Program-made: the position numbers and the translations under genes | IMG/VR virus record: IMGVR_UViG_2654587726_000019 | Location: 1-10,363 of that record | Strand: one strand, 5' to 3' | DNA: 10,363 nucleotides | Source of the DNA: a virus | Taxonomy: Duplodnaviria > Heunggongvirae > Uroviricota > Caudoviricetes | Shown here: positions 6,970 through 10,363 of the stretch, in pieces | Layout of the letters: every line of letters starts with the position of its first letter | Numbering within the stretch: the stretch's first letter is position 1 | The notes under the pieces: model-generated | The model's input: only the letters and a program-made list of their open reading frames with translations | Database searches by the model: none | Told to the model about the DNA's origin: nothing

Positions 6970-7743
6970 ATGAAAACATTACCCATTATTCCGTGGCCCG
7001 GCGGTAAGCGTCGTCTGGCCAAAAAGTTATTACCGTTATTTCCTGAGCACCAGTGTTATGTAGAGCCATTCTGCGGCGGTGCAGCCTTGTATTTCATGAA
7101 GGAGCCGGTTGAAGCTGAAGTCCTGAACGATATCAACGGCGAACTGGTGAATCTGTACCGTGTGGTTAAAAATCATCTTGAAGAGTTTGTGCGCCAGTTC
7201 AAGTGGGCGTTGAGCAGCAGGCAGATTTTTGAATGGTCGAAAATGACCATCCCGGAGACGCTAACTGATATTCAGCGTGCAGCGCGGTTTTATTATCTCC
7301 AGAAGCAATCATTCGGAGGGAAAGTGGAATCACAGACGTATGGAACGGCGACCACTTCTGCACCACGGCTTAATCTGCTAAGGCTGGAAGAGGAGTTGAG
7401 CGCCGCCCATTTGCGGCTATCACGCACGTTTGTAGAACATTTACCGTGGCGTACCTGCATTGAGAAGTATGATCGCCCGCACACACTGTTCTATTGCGAT
7501 CCCCCGTATTGGGGAACGGAGGGCTACGGTGTTGAATTTGGACTGGAGCAGTACACCCAACTTGCAGAGTTGGCCAGAACGATAAAAGGCAGGATGTTGA
7601 TCAGTGTGAACGATATCCCGGAGATGCGTGAAACCTTTGCGGACTTGTCGATTGATACGGTAGATATTCGCTATACGTTGAGCGGTGGGCCTAATGCTAA
7701 TCGCTCGAAAGTCAGCCGTGAGCTGGTCATTCGTAACTGGTAA
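6970..7743 (+). CDS. Dam-family (D12 class) N6-adenine DNA methyltransferase, orphan
   Basis: 257-aa ORF with the N-terminal pattern WPGGK ... EPFCGGAA (AdoMet-binding FxGxG-type motif), DINGELVNLY, and the catalytic DPPY motif (FYCDPPYW). This is the architecture of E. coli Dam / T4 Dam-like methylases. No endonuclease gene is recognisable beside it. Confidence 0.8.
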   Translation: MKTLPIIPWPGGKRRLAKKLLPLFPEHQCYVEPFCGGAALYFMKEPVEAEVLNDINGELVNLYRVVKNHLEEFVRQFKWALSSRQIFEWSKMTIPETLTDIQRAARFYYLQKQSFGGKVESQTYGTATTSAPRLNLLRLEEELSAAHLRLSRTFVEHLPWRTCIEKYDRPHTLFYCDPPYWGTEGYGVEFGLEQYTQLAELARTIKGRMLISVNDIPEMRETFADLSIDTVDIRYTLSGGPNANRSKVSRELVIRNW

Positions 7744-7850
7744 AGTGGAATTCTTTTGCAATAGGTGAAAAAAGTCGCAGCGCGATTTATCTCGCAGATT
7801 CAGGCGAATTTATCGCGCGCGGCTTTAGCACCGGAGCGACCGGTTATTAC

Positions 7851-8780
7851 GTGCTAATTCTGTCGCTGGTATCCACCATTCCGTACAGTAAAAAGCTACC
7901 AACATCGAAATTAATGATGCCCCTGGGATTTGCCACCAACCACCCGCTTCTTCCTATCAATCTCGCGCTTCTCTTTGGCGTTACGGCGACCGTACTCGAA
8001 ACCGCGGGGTTTCATCAGGAGATTTCGATGGGGCGCTTTGCGCTGGTGAATCTCATCATGTCAGCGGCTTTCCTCGCATGGAGTCTTATTGCCTACCGTT
8101 TTCTTCCGGATCATCCCATTGCGGATGCTTCCGAGGATGCGCTGGCGGCACGCGAGGAAACGTTTAACGCCCTTCCTGCCTGGAAAGAATATTGCACTAT
8201 TGCCGCATTCGCTGTCAGCGTTATCGGCATGATGCTAATGAACATTCTGGGAAATATCGCCTTCGTTATTCCGGGTCTTGCGGGTGCGTTTGTTCTGATG
8301 ATCGATGTACTGGACTTCAAAGAAGTTCGCGATCATATGGGGGCTCCGGTCATTTTAATGATGGCGGGGGTGATCGGTGTAGCTGATGCACTGGCGGGCA
8401 CCGGCTTTACGGCGATGGTTGGCGATGCCGTTGCAGGTGTGCTCGGTTCTGGCGTCTCACCGTTTGTATTTATTGTCGCCTTTGCTTTGCTTACCAGTAC
8501 CTGCGCCACCTTCACGGGTTCGAATATGGGGTCAGTATATATTTTTGCCCCCATCGCCATTGCCGCCTGTACTAGCCTTGGGCTTAACCCGACCGCTGCC
8601 GCGATTGCGGTGGTGATTTCTGGCTGGAATGGCGGCTATATGCCTATTGACGGAATGCCAGCCATGATCCTCGGAATGGGGAAATACAAACTTCCCGAAT
8701 TCTGGGTGTTCTCTGTACCAATGTATCTCATCCGCATTCTGGCGCTTTGTGCAGGCGCTGTTTTTATCTTCCCAATGTAA
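7851..8780 (+). CDS. Integral membrane permease (ion-transporter-superfamily-like), possibly a 5'-truncated gene
   Basis: Strongly hydrophobic ORF with multiple predicted membrane-spanning segments and Gly/Ala-rich re-entrant-loop-like motifs (TFTGSNMG, NGGYMPIDG). The track start is a GTG at 7851 with a poor RBS. An in-frame ATG at 8028 has a strong AGGAG 6 nt upstream. The frame stays open upstream to 7737 with no good start codon. Confidence 0.5.
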   Translation: MLILSLVSTIPYSKKLPTSKLMMPLGFATNHPLLPINLALLFGVTATVLETAGFHQEISMGRFALVNLIMSAAFLAWSLIAYRFLPDHPIADASEDALAAREETFNALPAWKEYCTIAAFAVSVIGMMLMNILGNIAFVIPGLAGAFVLMIDVLDFKEVRDHMGAPVILMMAGVIGVADALAGTGFTAMVGDAVAGVLGSGVSPFVFIVAFALLTSTCATFTGSNMGSVYIFAPIAIAACTSLGLNPTAAAIAVVISGWNGGYMPIDGMPAMILGMGKYKLPEFWVFSVPMYLIRILALCAGAVFIFPM

Positions 8781-8787
8781 TCTCAGA

Positions 8788-8825
8788 CAAAAAAAGCGGC
8801 AGAGAAGATCCCTGCCGCTTTTTAT
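8788..8825. terminator. Bidirectional rho-independent terminator
   Basis: GC-rich stem GCGGCAG / CTGCCGC (8796-8802 and 8812-8818) with a 9-nt loop, flanked by an A-run (8789-8795) and a T-run (8819-8825). It lies between the convergent permease and nagE genes. Confidence 0.65.
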
Positions 8826-8830
8826 TGTTG

Positions 8831-8854
8831 GATGCGACGCTGCCGCGTCGCATC
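8831..8854. repeat. Palindromic hairpin GATGCGACGC-tgcc-GCGTCGCATC (REP-like element or secondary nagE terminator stem)
   Basis: Perfect 10-bp inverted repeat immediately 3' of the nagE stop. It resembles enterobacterial REP palindromes in having a GATGCG core, but no adjacent U-tract. Confidence 0.4.
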
Positions 8855-8868
8855 AGACATAAAGCAGA

Positions 8869-10363
8869 TTACTTTTTGATTTCATACAGCGGTGTTTGAC
8901 CCGCCACAACATGGCCCTGAGCTTTAATGATAAGGCCGCTGAAATCGTCGATATTGCTGCAAACCACCGGGCTAATCATCGAACGGGCGTTAGCGTTCAG
9001 GTAATCCAGATCCATTTCCAGAATCGGTTGCCCTGCGCTTACCTGCGCGCCCTCTTCTACCAGACGTTTAAAGCCTTTACCTTCCAGCGCTACGGTGTCG
9101 ATACCCATATGGACGACGATCTCCTCGCCTTTTTCGGTTTCCAGACAGAATGCGTGGTTGGTGTTGAAGATTTTCACGATTGTTCCTGCGGCTGGTGATA
9201 CGACGATTTTATCTGTCGGTTTCACCGCCACACCGTCACCCACCGCTTTGCTGGCGAATGCTTCGTCAGGAACCTGATCCAGTGCCACAACATCCCCGGT
9301 AATCGGGGATACCAGCTCCGCGATAGATACCGCGTTTGGTACAGCCTGCGGTTTTGCTACAGGAGCGGCAGTTGCCGGAGTTGCTTCAGCTGACGCAGCG
9401 GCTACCGGACCACCGGCAACGACTTTCTTCATCGCATCGCCGATGGATTCTGCTTTCGCGCCAACAATCACCTGAATAGTCTGTTTGTTCAGTTTCACTA
9501 CCCCAGAAGCACCCAGACGTTTACACATCGCATCGTTGACGCGAGCTGAGTCAACCACGGTAAGGCGCAGACGAGTAATACAGGCATCAATGGCTTTCAG
9601 GTTGTCAGTACCGCCAACCGCAGCAATATAGTTGGTTGCCAGTTGATTGAGACCTTCTTCAGTATTGCTGTTAGCCTCTTCAGTAACGATCTCGTCTTCT
9701 TTATCTTCACGACCCGGCGTTTTCAGGTTGAACATGCGGATAACCAAACTGAACACCACGAAGTAGATAGCGAAGAAGACAACCCCCATCACCAGCAGCA
9801 TCCAGACGTTCTGGCTGGCGGCCGGCAGGTTATACATCAACGCGTAGTCGATAGCCCCCGCAGAGAAAGAGAAGCCGGCATGGATACCCAGCAACGTTGC
9901 CACAAACAGGCTGATACCGGTCAGCAGTGCGTGCAGGAGGTACAGCAGCGGTGCAAGGAACATGAACAGGAATTCCAGCGGCTCAGTCACACCGGTCAGG
10001 AACGCAGTAACAGCAACAGAAAGCAGCATCCCGCCAACCATCGGACGACGCTCTTTCGGTGCTGCGAAGTACATCGCCAGCGCCGCACCTGGCAGACCGA
10101 ACATCATAATCGGGAAGAAGCCGGACATGAACATCCCCGCGGTGCCGTCACCGGCATAGAAGCGGTTGATATCACCGTGGAAAACCGTTCCCGCCGCGTT
10201 GGTGAATTCACCAATCTGGAACCAGGCGATGGTGTTCAGCACCTGATGCAGACCGGTTGGGATCAGCAGACGGTTGATGAAACCAAAGATACCGGAACCC
10301 AGCGCGCCCGCAGAAACGATCCACTCGCCGCCTGCATGGATAGCGTGCTGTACCGGCGGCCAG
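8869..10363 (-). CDS. nagE: PTS N-acetylglucosamine-specific EIICBA component (3' portion; the 5' end lies beyond the window)
   Basis: The minus-strand frame is open to the window edge. The translation shows the end of a IIC membrane domain, a IIB domain with the phospho-cysteine motif (DACITRLR), an Ala/Pro-rich linker, and a C-terminal Crr-like IIA-Glc domain (VHMGIDTVALEGKGFKRLVEEG), ending YEIKK. A fused CBA order with a Crr-like IIA domain is characteristic of NagE. Confidence 0.85.
   Translation of the reverse strand, partial: WPPVQHAIHAGGEWIVSAGALGSGIFGFINRLLIPTGLHQVLNTIAWFQIGEFTNAAGTVFHGDINRFYAGDGTAGMFMSGFFPIMMFGLPGAALAMYFAAPKERRPMVGGMLLSVAVTAFLTGVTEPLEFLFMFLAPLLYLLHALLTGISLFVATLLGIHAGFSFSAGAIDYALMYNLPAASQNVWMLLVMGVVFFAIYFVVFSLVIRMFNLKTPGREDKEDEIVTEEANSNTEEGLNQLATNYIAAVGGTDNLKAIDACITRLRLTVVDSARVNDAMCKRLGASGVVKLNKQTIQVIVGAKAESIGDAMKKVVAGGPVAAASAEATPATAAPVAKPQAVPNAVSIAELVSPITGDVVALDQVPDEAFASKAVGDGVAVKPTDKIVVSPAAGTIVKIFNTNHAFCLETEKGEEIVVHMGIDTVALEGKGFKRLVEEGAQVSAGQPILEMDLDYLNANARSMISPVVCSNIDDFSGLIIKAQGHVVAGQTPLYEIKK

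Larger units (their letters stand above)
1..7743 (+). mobile_element. Prophage tail/baseplate/tail-fiber module plus accessory genes (partial; continues beyond the left edge of the window)
   Basis: Uninterrupted run of co-directional genes whose translations match myovirus tail proteins (X, D, V, W, J, I, H-like), with overlapping start/stop codons typical of phage late operons. Mosaic GC content in the distal part. Right boundary is not defined by sequence; it is placed after the methylase by inference. Confidence 0.6.

Noticed and set aside
8896-9198. Plus-strand 100-aa ORF (and 9095-9277, 9962-10159) inside the nagE region
   Set aside because: These are antisense to nagE, which has unmistakable PTS IIB/IIA motifs; they have no start context of their own.

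Overview
This window appears to be the right-hand end of a myovirus-type prophage (or prophage remnant) in an Enterobacteriaceae chromosome, followed by host genes. All calls rest on reading the six-frame translations and the DNA by eye; no database search or computation was run. Positions ~50-6374 carry a tightly packed, co-directional tail/baseplate module: gpX-like LysM tail protein, gpD-like baseplate hub, gpV-like spike, gpW/gp25-like wedge, gpJ-like and gpI-like wedge proteins, a tail fiber with a P2 gpH-like N-terminus, and a 200-aa fiber-associated gene. Most of these genes overlap the preceding stop codon. The fiber has four tandem ~56-aa repeats and a glycine-rich C-terminal tip, and GC content drops sharply across the fiber tip and the next gene, suggesting an exchanged host-range cassette. 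Downstream is a two-gene accessory ('moron') region: an unrecognised 150-aa Cys/His-rich protein and an orphan Dam-family N6-adenine DNA methyltransferase preceded by a perfect 16-bp palindrome. This is the most likely place for something undescribed. The window ends with a membrane permease that may be 5'-truncated, a bidirectional terminator, and the 3' part of nagE (PTS GlcNAc EIICBA) on the minus strand. Most other track ORFs are antisense artefacts of GC-rich or repetitive coding sequence.
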